Assembly (NCBI RefSeq): GCF_009914755.1
Contig: NC_060934.1
Reading direction: 5' to 3' (one strand)
DNA length: 64,000 bases
From: the human T2T-CHM13v2.0 reference genome, Homo sapiens
Numbering within the stretch: the stretch's first letter is position 1; each line of letters begins with the position of its first letter. The position numbers and the translations under genes were made by a program. Below the pieces are notes generated by a model. It saw only the letters and a list, made by a program, of their open reading frames with translations. It was not told where the DNA came from and ran no database searches. Shown piece by piece: positions 41,483 to 61,665 of this stretch.

Positions 41483-42432
41483 GTAAAGAGAAACTAATAT
41501 TCTTTCTTGACACAGATTTTGCAATCTGGAGGAGAGTCTAGAATCCTTATATGTGCAAAAATAACTTGTTTCCTAATAGTTTTTGATCTATGATACTCAG
41601 AGAACTAGGAGTTAAAAATATAAAGGCATACCTCATTTGATGATACTTTGTGGATCCTGAGGTTTTCTGGTTTTTTTACAAATTGAAGGTTGGAAGCAGC
41701 CCTGAGTTGAGTAAGTGTATCAGTACCATCTTCTAACAGCATGTGCTCCCTTCATGTCTCTATGTTACATTTTGGTAATTCTCACACAATATTTCAAACT
41801 TTTTCATTATTCTTATATCTGTCATCATGATCTATGATCAGTGATCTTTGGTATTACTAGTATAATTGTTTTGTTGTGCCACAAACCACAACCATAGAAG
41901 ACAGCAAACTTGACTTCCTCCACAGTCCTGCCCCCACCCCAAGCCTCCCTATTCTCCAAGTGAAAGTAACAGGTCTCTCCCTTGAAAGCAAAAGTTAGAA
42001 ATGATTAAGCTTAGTGACGAAGACACATCAAAACCTGAGATAAGCCAGAAGCTAGGCCTCTTGCACTCAACAGTTACCCAAATTGTAAATGCAAAGGAAA
42101 AGTTCTTGAAGAAAATTAAAAGTGCTACTCCAGCAAACCCATGAACGTCAAGAAAATGAAACAGCCTTATTGCTGATAAAAAATAATAATAAAATAAAAA
42201 CACGAGGTAAAAAAGCAAGTGCTGATGTAGAAGCTGCAGCAAGATAACTGATGAAGGTGGGTGGCTACACTAAACAACACATTTTCAATGTAGGCAAAAC
42301 AGCCTTCTATTTGAAAAGCCATCTAGGACTTTCATAGCTAGAGGGGAGATGTCATTGCTTGGCTTCAAAGCTTCAAGGGGCAAGCTGACTCTCTTGTTAT
42401 GGGCTAATGCAAGGTGACTTTACGTTGAGGCC

Positions 42433-42534
42433 AATATTCATTTACCATTCTGAAAATCCTAGGACCCATACTCATTTACCATTCTGAAAATCCTAGGACC
42501 CATACTCATTTACCATTTTGAAAATCCTAGGGCC
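42433..42534 (+). repeat. 3 x 34-bp tandem repeat inside Tigger1
   Basis: Unit catactcatttaccattctgaaaatcctaggacc at 42433, 42467 and 42501. Confidence 0.9.
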
Positions 42535-42554
42535 CTGAAGAATGACACTAAATC

Positions 42555-43688
<1,134 letters not shown>

Positions 43689-43961
43689 AAGAATTATACT
43701 AAATCTACTCTGCCTACCACACATCTGTTTACAGCATGGTTTACTAAGTATTTTAAGCCCACTGTGAAGACCTATTGCTCAGAAAAAAAGATTTGAAGAT
43801 ATTACTGCTCATTGACAACGCACCTGGTCACCCATGGGCTTTGATGGAGGTGCAGAAAGAAGTTAATGTTGTTTTAATGTCTACTAACAACATCCATTCT
43901 GCTTCCCATGGATCAAGGAGTATTTTCGATTTGCCAGTCTTTCATTTAAGAAATATATTTC

Positions 43962-44247
<286 letters not shown>

Positions 44248-45766
44248 TCAATGCCATAGACTGATTTCTCTGCTGGATCTGGGCAAAGTAAACTGAAAAC
44301 CTCCTGGAAAGGAGTCACCATTCTAGGTACCAGTAAGAACAGTTATGATTCACGGGAAGAGGTCAAAATATCAATATTAACAGGAGTTAGGAAGACAGTG
44401 ATTCCAACCCTCGTGGAAAACTTTGAGGGGTTCGAGACTTTGGAGGAAGAAGTAACCTTAGATGTGGTAGAAACAGCAAGAGAACTAGAATTAGAAGTAG
44501 AGCCTGAAGATGTGACAACTGCTGTAATTTCATGATCAAACTAATGGATAAAGAGATGCTTCTTATGGATAAGCAAAAAAAGTGGTTTTTTTGAGATGGA
44601 ATCTAGTCCTGGTGAAGATGCTATGAATACTGTTGAAATGACACCAACAATTTAGAAAATTACAAAAACTTACTTGAGTTTACATAAACTTACTTGAGCA
44701 GCAGCAGGGTTTAAGAGGACTGGTTCCAATTTTGAAATAAATTCTGCTTTGGGTAAAATGCTATCAAACAGCATTGCATGCTACAGAGAAATCTTTCTTG
44801 AAAACAAGCATTAACTGATGCAACAAACTTCCTTGTTGTCTTATTTTAAGAAACTGCCACAGCCATCCCAACCTTTAGCAATCATCAACCTGATCAGTCA
44901 ACAGCTATCAACGTGGAGTAACATGGAGGTAAGATCCCCAACCAGCAAAGAGGTTATGACTCGCAGAAGGCTCCGATGCTTGTTAGCATTTTTTAGCCAT
45001 AAAGTATTTTTTAAATAAGGTACGTATTTTCTAAGACGTAATGCTACTGTACACTTAACAGACTACAGTATAGTGTAAACGTAACTTTTATGTGCACTAG
45101 GAAACCAAAATATTCGTGTTACTTGCTTTACTGTACTTGTTTTATTTCAGTAGTCTGGAACTAAACTCACAGTATATCCGAGGTATGCCTACACTTTCTT
45201 TTACTGTGTGACTTACTCCTCCAGGCAGCGGTTCATTCACATTCCCTAGACATACGACTGCTGTCATCCAGTGAAGAACAACTCTAGGAAATCAGTCTTA
45301 TCAATAATGTGAATCAGAATGCCACTTAGATGCACTAAATAGAAAATAAGAATGAAAAGCACATTGATTTGAATGAAAAACATATTAATCTATCCTGTAA
45401 ACAACTCTAAAAAACAAAAGTCACCCAAAATTCTACTGGCCAGCACCACTTGCCCTGCTCCATTTACCAATGCTATCTCAATATTTAATCATTTTTGCAG
45501 ACACGGGTCTCAATTTATAAAAAGAAATGACATCACTATTTTAGAGAACCATTAAGGGATAAGAAGAGAATCTTTTCATACATGAATAATCACACCCAAA
45601 CTCATTTTACAAATAGATTTTCTTAAAATAAGAATACTTATTCAGGCCGGGCCCCCGTGGCTCACACCTGTAATCCCAGCATTTTGCAAGGCTGAGGTGG
45701 GGGATTCCTCCCTGACCTCAGGAGTTCAAGACCAGCCTGGGTAACATAGAGAGACCTGCATCTCTA

Positions 45767-45898
<132 letters not shown>

Positions 45899-46341
45899 TC
45901 ACTGCACCCCAGCCTGGGTGGCAGAGCAAGACCCTGTCTCAAGAAACAAAAAAGCAAAAAAAGAATACTTTTCAGGATATAGCAGTAAGTTCCCAAGCCA
46001 GTAAATAACTTAACTGGTACTGATATTAACACTACTTTTTCTATTGTTTCTCATAGCTATCAAAAGCTACTAAAAGGTTTACATATATTGGTAATAAGCA
46101 AAATGACCTCTGAATGAAATTAAGAGGGTAGGATCTAGACACACTGGTGGGTCTTAAGGTTTCTCAGCATTGTCTGGCCATGCTGAATTTTTGCTTTAGT
46201 ATCTCAGATGCGGTGCAGAAAAATGGAAGGTCCACACTTTTACTCCTCTCCATCAGCAGGAGCATCTGAACACAGGGCTTTATACTAGATATGACCAACT
46301 GCATTCAAAATTTTCATGAACAGTAACCAGTAAAAGCATTA

Positions 46342-46599
<258 letters not shown>

Positions 46600-47393
46600 T
46601 TACTGGGTTTTTATCAGGCCCATGGCCTAATCTGTAAATTTTAGGGCCTAATTAATATTTATTTTTCACGGCCCTTACCAAAGACAGCCAAATAAAGTTT
46701 GGCAGTTTGGGTGGATACATACTAGGCTCTTACGAAAAAATACTAAATGAGGTGATTTCTTTTTTGCCTTTTCAATAACAAATATATTTCAGCAGAAAGA
46801 CTGCATTTATCACATTAACTAATAGTTTTCTCTGGAAATTGAGTCCGCACTTTAAGGAGTCCAACAACTTAAATATACTTAATAAAGCTCCTGTGCTGAA
46901 ATTCCCATTTACTGTAAATAAGTAAAAGAACAATGTGCCCTTCCTCTGCAACTCCCTCAAACCAAACATCCTCCTATACTTTTCTCAATCTACTGCCTGG
47001 AGAAGCACAGCTCACCTTTAGAGCACACCCCTCATTAAGGTCATTCCCACTCAGATCATTTTGGAGGGAAGAATTAAAGCATCCAAGTAGCTAAATCCCG
47101 GCTGCTGCTGATTTGTATGCTCCAAGGGAGGAGATGGCTTAAAAGCAGGAGTGTCAAAGGAAAATAAAATGGAAAATTAAAGTAGTTCAATTGCCATGAA
47201 AAACTATTTAAAGTGTGGCATTTTCTCCTTTTCACCTTTGCAGAATTCATCTAGTTGAAAATACTTGGCTCATGCCTGTAATCCCAGCACTTTGGGAGGC
47301 CGAGGCAAGTGGATGACCTGAGGTCAGGAGTTCGAGATCAGCCTGGCCAACATGGTGAAACCCCATCTCTACTTAAAATACAAAAATTAGCTA

Positions 47394-47714
<321 letters not shown>

Positions 47715-48589
47715 TTACTAGATCCAAAGAGTCGGGTTGCACTGCTACCCAAAGTTAAGAAAATGCCCCCGCCCCCCTTTTCTTAAGACAGACCAAGACT
47801 CTGTCTCCAAGGCTGAAGTGCAGTGTTGCCATCATGGCTCACTGCAGCCTCAACCTCCCAGGCTCAAGAGATCCTCCCACCTCAGCCTCCTCAGCAGCTG
47901 AAAATGGCCTTGGTGGCTCCTCTCTCCTTAAGATCTTAGGATTTGTACCAACTCATCAGTAGTTTTACAATCTGCACAGTACTTGTACATCTCATTTCAT
48001 CCCCACACCAACCCTACCAGGCAAGGATCACTGGCCTCATTTAACAAGATAAAGATGAGGATACTCCTAGTTTTGCTGAGTCCTTTAAGACGGCTCAGTT
48101 GAAAAAGTAATAGTGCCAGGGCTTAAACCCTCATCTCTAACACCAAAGCCTAAGCTCTTCCTGTTAACAGTACATAAAAGTCAAACCCAAACCACAAAAT
48201 TGCTGGGGAAAAAAAAAAAAACTAAAACTTCTTTAACCCACCAACTACACAGAGGATGATCTTCCGAAGTTCTCTTCCTTACAACTCATCACATCTTTTG
48301 AATGGTATTTTAATAACTAGCATTCTATTTATTTTCTATTCTTGGTCCATTGTACCACCTTACGAGAAGTTAAGAGTAATCTAAAATTTAAGGTAGGTCT
48401 CTAAACTATCAACAAAACACTATTAATGTACCTAAAATGAAAACTTGCGAATTCCAGGGCTAAATGATTCAAACAAATGTTAATAGAAAAGGAGGGCACC
48501 AATCTGACCATTAGCCAATTTAAAAATTTACGCATTACTTGTTATACATAATCAGGGCAACTTTAAGACGCCATTCCAGGCAGATTTGG

Positions 48590-49780
48590 GGTAGTAGGCG
48601 GCTGGCTTTTAGCTAACTCTGCTTAGCTGCGGGGTAAATGTCAAAGGTCAGCCCCATGGCGAATCTCCCTAAGCCCCCTGTCGCAACCGAAGCCGATGGA
48701 ATCAACAAGACAAAGATGCTCCTGACCCACTGGCTAGAATCGTGAAGAAAACGCTAATCCATGTCAAATGCACATAAGGAAATTTTTCCATGCAGAGACC
48801 AGACAGGGGAAAAGGGGAAGGGAGAAGGAGAAAATACAGGGTTCGACCCGGGCCATCGGAAGACAACCAAGCGCTGACTTGGGGGTAAGCCCTGGACTAG
48901 GGGCCTGTAGACCAGGTTCGAGCGCTCACAATCGCTAACTGCGGAGCCTTGGCCAGCCTCAGTCTCCGAGTCTACAAAACAAGGATAATCATAAAGGGCT
49001 CCCACCCGCCTCACCGAGGGCTGTGAGGCTCTTCCGAGACAGAGGACATGGAGCCATTTCGTAAACCGGAGCGCACGGTACAGACAAGAAACTGTTATCC
49101 GGCCCAGCAGCTGCGAGACCCCCGAGCGGAATGCAAGTGGACCCCAGGCAAAGAGGACAGCAGGGGACGGAGCAGATCTGGCCAAGTTGTCCCGTCCCCG
49201 CCCAGAATCAGCCCCGCGGCCCCACAGAACCGCCTGCGTGTCACTTCCCCCCCCCCCAACCCCGCCAGGGCCAGCCTCCGCTCCGACCTCCCCGCCTTCC
49301 GTCCCAGCCCCTCGAGCCCCAACTCCCCTCCCCGACGCGACCCTCAGACTCACGGCCTGAGGGGCTCCTCCGGCAAAACAGCGGCTGGCTCGGACCCTCC
49401 CTCAGAGCACACTAACCAGCAGCACCCGGGACCGCCAGCTACTCGCCGGATGTACGTCACACCCCTCCCCGGGACTTCCGGGCGCGTAATGGGCCCCGCC
49501 CCCTCACAGCGTTACGCCTCTCTGCCCCGGTGCCGTCCCACCAGCGACTCGGGCCGCGGAGGGGCGGGCATAAGGCGTGACAAAGCGCGCTCGGGGTCTG
49601 GCCCCGCCTCGGCCCCGCCTGCTCCCGTCTGGCTAGCTGACCGCGCGAGACGTGGCAGCGCCGGAACCCTGGGTCCGGGGCTGGGTCCTGGAGTCCCTGA
49701 GCGGCCTGGTACACTCGGGATCGCGGCTTCCCATTCCAGACGCACCAGGAAAGTCAGAAGTGGGTACCGACGGTGACATA
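48590..49780. promoter_or_regulatory. SAR1A: SAR1A CpG-island promoter
   Basis: CpG-rich. CRE-like TACGTCAC 49453-49460, ETS ACTTCCGG near 49474, several GC boxes, GACGTGGCA 49649-49657. Confidence 0.9.
49354..49455 (-). other. SAR1A: SAR1A non-coding exon 1 (5' end approximate)
   Basis: Donor GCC|GTGAGT after 49354 in the CpG island, just downstream of CRE/ETS/GC boxes. Confidence 0.8.
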
Positions 49781-49802
49781 GGTCCTGGGAAAGATGAGTT
49801 GA

Positions 49803-50102
<300 letters not shown>

Positions 50103-51638
50103 TGATCCGCTGGCCTCGGCCTTCCAAAATGCTGGGATGAGAGGCGTGAGCCACCGCGCCCAGCTGCTTTTGCTTTGAGTCGCACTTCCTTGCTCTGGGG
50201 TGGCCTATGTTTTAGAAAAACAGAAAAACAGCTAATATTTATTGTGCACTTATGTTCCAGGCAGAGCACTGGGTACTTTGCACGCTTTGTCTAATTTCAC
50301 CGTCATTGGAGTCCTGTGACTCCAGATGCTAGTATTATCCTTATTGACAAATGAGAGAGCAATGTTCAGAATAACCTACCATGCCCAAGTTCACACAGCT
50401 AAGTGGCAAAGCAACGTGTTCACCCCAGTATATTTCGCATGCATTTTCTCATTTAATTCTCAGGACAGTCCCACGAGATTGGTACTATTATTACTCTCAT
50501 TTTACAAATAAAACAGTCTAATGGAAAGATGAATGACGTCTGTGGGTTCATGAAGATCTCAATTCTCCTTTAGTAAAATTTAAATTTAACATAATCCCAA
50601 TAAAAGTACTAATAGGATTAATAGGTCGTGTGTGGTTTCGTTCTTTTTTTTTAATTACCCTATTTGTTCCTAAAATTCGTATAGAAAACCAAACAAAACT
50701 AGTCCAGAAACAGGCTTTCAAAATGAAGAACAAGGAGGTGGGAACTAACCCTGTTGGATATTAAAACATATTATAGAGCCTAAGTTATTAAAACTGGTGT
50801 GCGTGCACATGCACAAACACACACACACAAAAAACACAATGGAACAGAGCAAAGTACAGAAATGACTAAAGTACATGCAGAAATAAAACTAAAGTAGCAC
50901 CTGGGACTCCAGCAATACTCAGGGAGCTGAGTGGGCAAGCTCACCACCCTCTACCCTCCGCTCATCCTGGGGTCTTAGATGTTGAATTTGAACCCTGTCC
51001 TGTCACAGAAAGGTGTCAGGCCACTTCTGAGGCTTCTCACCAGCTTTAGCTAAACCAGGGACAATGTGTCCATGGGGCTTGGAACCCCTTGTGCATCCTG
51101 GAGACACAGATGCAAGCCCAGTGCAAGCCAACACATTGGATTACTGGCTTTGTTGAGAGCCTGGCTGCACGAGGTGGAGGTGTCTGAACCACAGGATGGC
51201 TTGGGAGGCTGGGGAAGGAGGGAACATGCAGGCAGATTCTCAGAAAAGCCGCAAACTCTACTTACCTAAAGGCTTGAGCAAGTTGACGAATGCCCCAGAC
51301 CACCATGTACCCACTGTAAAATGGGTGAAACAGGCATTGTTGTGCACATAGTTTTTCCAGAGTACTGTTTTCAATAAATGATTCTGTTATGTGTTGTTAA
51401 ATAAATTAATAAATAATAAAAGGGGTTGAGACAATTGGGTAGTCAAAAAAACCTACAGGTTGAATCTCCAAAAGTTTATTACTCTAAACAAGTTTCAAGT
51501 GATGAAAAGATGTGTGTATTTTGAAATGACACTATAAAGGTACTAGAAAAACAGAAGAAAGCATGGATTCCTTATAATTTTGCAATGAGAAGACCTTTCT
51601 GGGTATGATTGAAAATCTAGACCAGGCGTGGTGACTCA

Positions 51639-51987
<349 letters not shown>

Positions 51988-53144
51988 TTATATGGCATAA
52001 CAACAATCATGACACCATAAGCAAACTCAGACAAATGACAAGTTGAGAAAAATAATCACATCATAGGCAAGTAAGAAGTATGAAAAAGACTAACAACACA
52101 ATAGGAAAATAGGCAACAGTTCAGAACAGATAATTCATAGGAAAGGAAATAAAAATGACTTTTCTTTTTTTTTTTTTTTTCTGAGACCTAGTCTCACTCT
52201 GTCACCCAGGCTGGAGTACAGTGGCGGTCTCGGCTCACTGCAACCTCTGCCTCCAGGATTCAAGCGATTCTCCTGCCTCAGCCTCCTGCATAGTTGGGAT
52301 TACAGGCATGAGCCACCGAGCCCGGCTAATCTTTGTATTTTTAGTAGACATGGTCTTTGTATTTTTAGTAGAGATGAGGTCTCACCTTGTTGGCCAGGCT
52401 GGTCTCAAACTCCTAACCTCCAGTGATCCGCCCGCCTAGGCCTCCCAAAGTGCTGGGATTACAGGCATGAGCCACTGCGCCTGGCCCAAAAATGACTCAA
52501 GCATAATAAAATAGTAATAGAAATATAGATACTATAGAAAATATAAATATAGATATTATAGAATAATAGATATAGAAAATATATAAATCCATTTATTTGT
52601 CTATGTATCTCTGTATAGTTATATCTATACTGAAATAGAAATAGATTTTAAAAAATAAAAGATAAATTTGAAACTTACTGAGATACCATTTTCACCTGTC
52701 AGATTGGCAAAAGTTCACCAGTTTATTGGTGGGAAGGCTGTTTCAGATAGAGAAGTCAGACTGGGCATGGTGGCTTATGCCTGTAATCCCAACACTGGGA
52801 GACCGAGGCAGGAGGGTCGCTTGAGCCCAGGAGGTTGAGGGTACAGTGAGCCATGATTGCACTCCAGCCTAGGCAACAGAGCGAGACCTTGTCTCTAAAT
52901 TAATTAATTAATTAACTAAATCAAATACAGAAGTCAAGAAAGGCCCCACCCAGGTGCTATTTGGATAAGAACATGAAGGACATTACATGGCTGTCAGGGT
53001 AGACTGTTCCAGGCTGACAGCAGAGGCCCTAAGGCAGGAGTGTGCCTGGCAGTTTCCAGGAACATCTGGGAGGCCAGTGTGACCAGGCAAGGTGAGCAAC
53101 AGAAGGAGTGGTAGGAAATGGGGTGAGGTGTTTGTGGTCAGAAC

Positions 53145-53650
53145 TGTGGAGGTTCTGGGGTTCTACCTAACTTGCAGGTTAACAGGTTAGCCTGACACAG
53201 TCTCAGATGCTGGCAGTCACAGGACTCCTGGATCAGAGACAAACTATGTTATTACTTCCGGCATAGCGAGCAGCATGAACTTCCTGTTTGTGTTACTTCC
53301 ACTTGCCCCTTCCTCCCTCCTCCTTTCTGAGGACAATGGGGTGACACAGAGCAGTCTGAATGGACACTGCCCATTCGATGGTGTGCAACACAGCTGAGGA
53401 ACCCAGAACTTAGGGAACCCAAATCTTTCATAATGGCTGCAAGCGGACCTGCCTGAACTCTGACCCAGTGGGAAATGGTATGACACTGGGCAGTATACAG
53501 ACCTGTCCCCTGCACCAGAGGGACACTGTCTTCCAAGGCTGTTCATTATATAAATGTCCTTCAAAAGATAGTCCAAACAAAGGCAGCTGGCACCTCTGTT
53601 TGAAAGAAGTGCAAAAATCAAAGAGCTTCATGGAGAATTGTCTCTTAACA
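53145..53650 (-). mobile_element. ERVL LTR, LTR40-like
   Basis: Minus strand starts tgttaagagacaattctccatg...gcctttgtttggactatcttttgaaggac, about 500 bp, TG..CA ends. Confidence 0.65.
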
Positions 53651-53802
53651 GGAGGCAAATCTTGAAAGCCTTGTAGGTGAGGACTTTAGCTTTTATTTTT
53701 GGTGACCTGAAGAACCAATGGAGGGTTTGAGGGGAGGCATCTTATGTAATTCTTCCCCCGACTGTATGCTTACTCCTTTACATATTCTCAGCATTAGATA
53801 GA

Positions 53803-54100
53803 CAGGGTTATTCCCACCCTTGCCAGCATCTGCTTTCCCCCTTTTCTCTTTGAGTACCTCTTTCTCCCTTCTTTGCAGAGGCTTTTTAGGCTTTGGCTCT
53901 GGTGTGGAGGAGCAGTTTTAGTGATAACTTTGCAGATCTTCTCCGTGGTTTGTCCTTCACCTTGGCTTTAACTTCCTTAGCATCCCCTTCAGCCTTTTTC
54001 TTGGGCTTGATGCAGTGGAGGTGGGGAATACGCACTGCCTGCAAGGATGCAGCCAATACCAGCTTTGGTTTGTCCAGGAGTTGCTGTCACTTGTTCTTCA
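53803..54100 (-). pseudogene. decayed HMGN2-family processed pseudogene (5'UTR plus most of the CDS)
   Basis: Minus strand from 54008 reads (K)PKKKAEGDAKEVKAKVKDKPRRRSAKLS, then frameshifted pieces ...PEPKPKK...ADAGKGGNNP. ATG changed to AAG, no introns. Not shown in the ORF track. Confidence 0.82.
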
Positions 54101-56920
54101 TATTACTCTTTATTTTTCCTTTTTTTATCCTGCTTGATAAAAAATCTTTCTTATTTTTTAGAGGCAAATTCTTGCTATGTTTCCCAGGCTGGACTCAAAC
54201 TCCTGGGGCTCAAATGATCGTCTTGCTTGGGCCTCCCCAAATGTTGAGATTATGGGCGTGAGCCACTATGCCCAGCTAGCTCTGGTTTTTGTTTTTGTTT
54301 TTTTTTTTCTCACTCTGTGCCTTAGGCTGGAGTGCAATGGCATGATCGTAGCTCACTGCAGCCTCAAACTCCTGGGCAAGGGATCCTGCTGCTTCAGCCT
54401 TTCAGGTAGCTAGGACTACAGACGTGTGCTAGAATGCCTAGCTGATTTTTAAAAAATATTTTGTACAGATAAGTTCTCTCTATATTGCCCAGGCTGGTCT
54501 CAAGCTCTTGACCTCAAGTGATCCTCCCGCCTCGGCCTCCCAAAGTGCTGGAATTACAGTCATGACACACTGCTCCCAGCCCTCTGCTCTGCTTTTTAAT
54601 GTGTGTTAAATGCATTGGTTTGGTAAGCATAGACATTTAAAACATTTAAAGTATTCCATGACTTTCATGACCCTCTTTTGGCATATCTTCAATTTGACAA
54701 GTACTGGGCATCTTGAGAAATTCCATCCTTTCCTGATCTTGGAAAATCTCAGCCTGAGAAAGCCAGGATGCCGGCTGTGTCCTGCCTCCACAGCTCTCAC
54801 ATCAGACCCAAAGACCAGAAAAGTGGTCTTTAATTTCCTCACTCCCCAGAAACAGCACTGCTTTCTGGAATTCTCACCCACCTCCACTAAAATGGGGCAT
54901 CCAAATGGAATCTTAAGATGGTTCGGGCCATGGCTGGTCACGGTGGCCACCATGCCCAGGCTTCAGCCACCACGCCCAGCTAATTTTTGTAATTTTAGTA
55001 GAGATGGGATTTCACTACGTTGGCCAGAATGGTCTCTATCTCTTGACTTTGTGATCTGCCCCCCTCGGCCTCCCAAAGCGCTTGGATTACAGGCGTGAGC
55101 CACTGCACCCAGCCTAGCTAGTCTTCTTTTTTTTTTTTTTTTTTTTTTAGATGGAGTCTTGATCTGTCCCCAGGCTGGAGTGCAGCGGCGCGATAGCAGC
55201 TCACTGCAACCTCCGCCTCCTTGGTTCAAGTGATTCTTCTGCTCAGCCTCCCAAGTAGCTGGGACTACAGGCATGTGCCACTACACCCAGCTAATTTTTT
55301 TGTAATTTTTTAATAGAGACGGGGTTTCACCATGTTGGCCAGGATGGTGTCGATCTGTTGACCTCATGATCGGGCTCCCAAAGTGCTGGGATTACAGGCA
55401 TGAGCCACCGCGCCCAGCCCCATCTAGTCTTTTTAAAGCAGGATAGAGATGATAGAGGCTAACCTATGCTACACCTGCCTGGTGTCCAGGAGAAAAACAA
55501 CCTGTAATAGTAATGGAATTCCACTGTACAGGCAGAGTTGGGGGAGATGACTGTGATCTCTTTTGGTGCTAGTGTTATGGATGATTCATATTTGTACCAT
55601 GATGCAAACATATATTAAAAGTCTAGTCATCGGACACTTAAAATTGGTTAAGATGGTTAAAAAAATCTAGTCATCAGAAACATTACGGGTGAAAAGTACA
55701 GTTGATGCATCTGTTCACCTTACAGGGTGAACGTAACTCCTACAATGTACTACATTGATAATAGTGACACTAATTTAATCATAATTTCTAATTAAAAAGC
55801 ATTAGTTGAGGTCTCCAGCCAATTCAAGAAGCACTGAGTTTTATTATGCAACAATAATAAAACTATCTTTCCTCAAACTGCAGAAATTCCAACTACCTCC
55901 ATGCAAAAAAGGAGAAGAGAAAAAAAACCTGAATGAGGAAGCTTTATAAACTTGCCAATTATCATGTAACAGCTAGCTAGATTTAGTGGAATACTGAATT
56001 TGAGTAAACTCCAGTAATGTTCACGTTTTCCTTTGTGAATACTGAATTATGGTGATATATTGGTACATAACTATTTGCAAGGAAGAAATAGAAGAGACTA
56101 TTTGCTTCTAGGAAGGAGTGAAAGAATTTGCAGTTTTAGGCCAGACACGGGGGCTCACACCTGTAATCCCAGCATTTTAGGAGACTGAAGTGAGAGGATC
56201 ACTTGAAGCCAGGATTTTGAGACCAGCCTGGGCAACATAGTGGGACCCTACCTTTACAAAAAAAGTTGTGCATTTTTAGATTAATTAATTCATTCAATAT
56301 TTATGAAACACATGTTATATGTGAGGACCTATGCTAGGCACTGGGAATAGGTAATGGGGAACAAAAGAGATGGGGTCCCTAAACTCATAGAGCTTACAGT
56401 CTAGCAGCACTTGGAGATCATCTCCTAGTTTTTAATTTATTTTTAATTTTTTTATGTGTATATTATGTATTTATTTTGTGACAGGGTCTCACTCTGTCAC
56501 CCAGGCTGGTGCAGTGGCACAAACACAGCTCACTACCTTGATGTCCCAGGTTCAAGTGATCCTCTCACCTCAGTCTCGCAAGCAGCTGAGACCACAGGTA
56601 CATGCCATCATGCCCTGGCTCAATGTTTTTTTAAGAGATAGGGTCTTGCTATGTTGCCCAGGCTAGTCTCATACTCCTAGGCTCAAGGTATCCTCCAGCC
56701 TTGGCCTCCCAAAGTGTTGAAATTATAGGTAAAGCCATCTCACCTAGCTGGCCCCCTAGTTTTAATGGCCCAACTGGAAGACTTTCTTACCCCTCAGAGG
56801 CTTTTGGACCCTGCTTTAAGAATCACCACACTGGGCCAGGTGCAGTGGCTCACGTCTGTAATCCCAGCACTTTGGGAGGTTGAGGCAGGCAGCTCACTTG
56901 AGCTCAGAAGTTCAAGACTA

Positions 56921-57242
<322 letters not shown>

Positions 57243-57921
57243 CTACTCCAGTATTTATAGAGCAGTCATACACTCAAGAAATACACTTGAATATTTTCTG
57301 ATAAGAAGAGTTTAAGGGTAAAAAGTGGATATGTTATCAAACAGCATTCCACATAACTAACATTCCTTAAAATTCTTCCGTACCCATTACAGAAATAAAA
57401 CCATATTCCTTTCTAATTTTAAAAACTCTTGATGCCTCTTCAGGGCCTCTTTAAAGTCCAGGATCTCCTTAGCAGGGGAGCACAGAGCCTTTGTTAAGCA
57501 TGAGGCTCCTGCTTCTTTTCTTGCCTGCCCTTCTTCTGTTCTCCAACTTGTACCCAATGTCCCAGCTTTCTAGAATACACTAGGGTTCTGGAACATATCA
57601 CATGGAGTGGATTAAGCATTCGTGTTCAACAGTACATCCCTATTATCTTTATACCAGTTTAAAAGAATTAGGTATACTGACAAAGTAATAACATGAGATT
57701 TCAAAATGTATACAAAGTATAATCTTATGCCTCTTCAAAAAACACACACACAAAATTATACTTTTACATATGTTCAAATATGTGTATAAAGACATAGAGA
57801 AAAATCTAGAGAGATTTTTATCAAACTGATAACAGTGTTTATAAGAAGGGAGTGGGATTAACAGCAATCAAGATAGAATTTTTTTATCTGTATTTTTGAA
57901 ATTTTTAAAAATGTATTTTAA

Positions 57922-58367
<446 letters not shown>

Positions 58368-58389
58368 CTAAATAAATACATAAATAAAA

Positions 58390-61665
<3,276 letters not shown>

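Noticed and set aside
41164-41524. ORFs with FP, GK, RE and SL dipeptide repeats
   Set aside because: Translations of the (GAAAGG)n microsatellite.
42433-42534. CRISPR-like 34-bp repeats
   Set aside because: Contiguous tandem copies with no spacers, in eukaryotic transposon DNA.
54606-55098. 115 and 162 aa overlapping ORFs in non-Alu sequence
   Set aside because: No recognisable homology or clear splice context, and one runs into an Alu.
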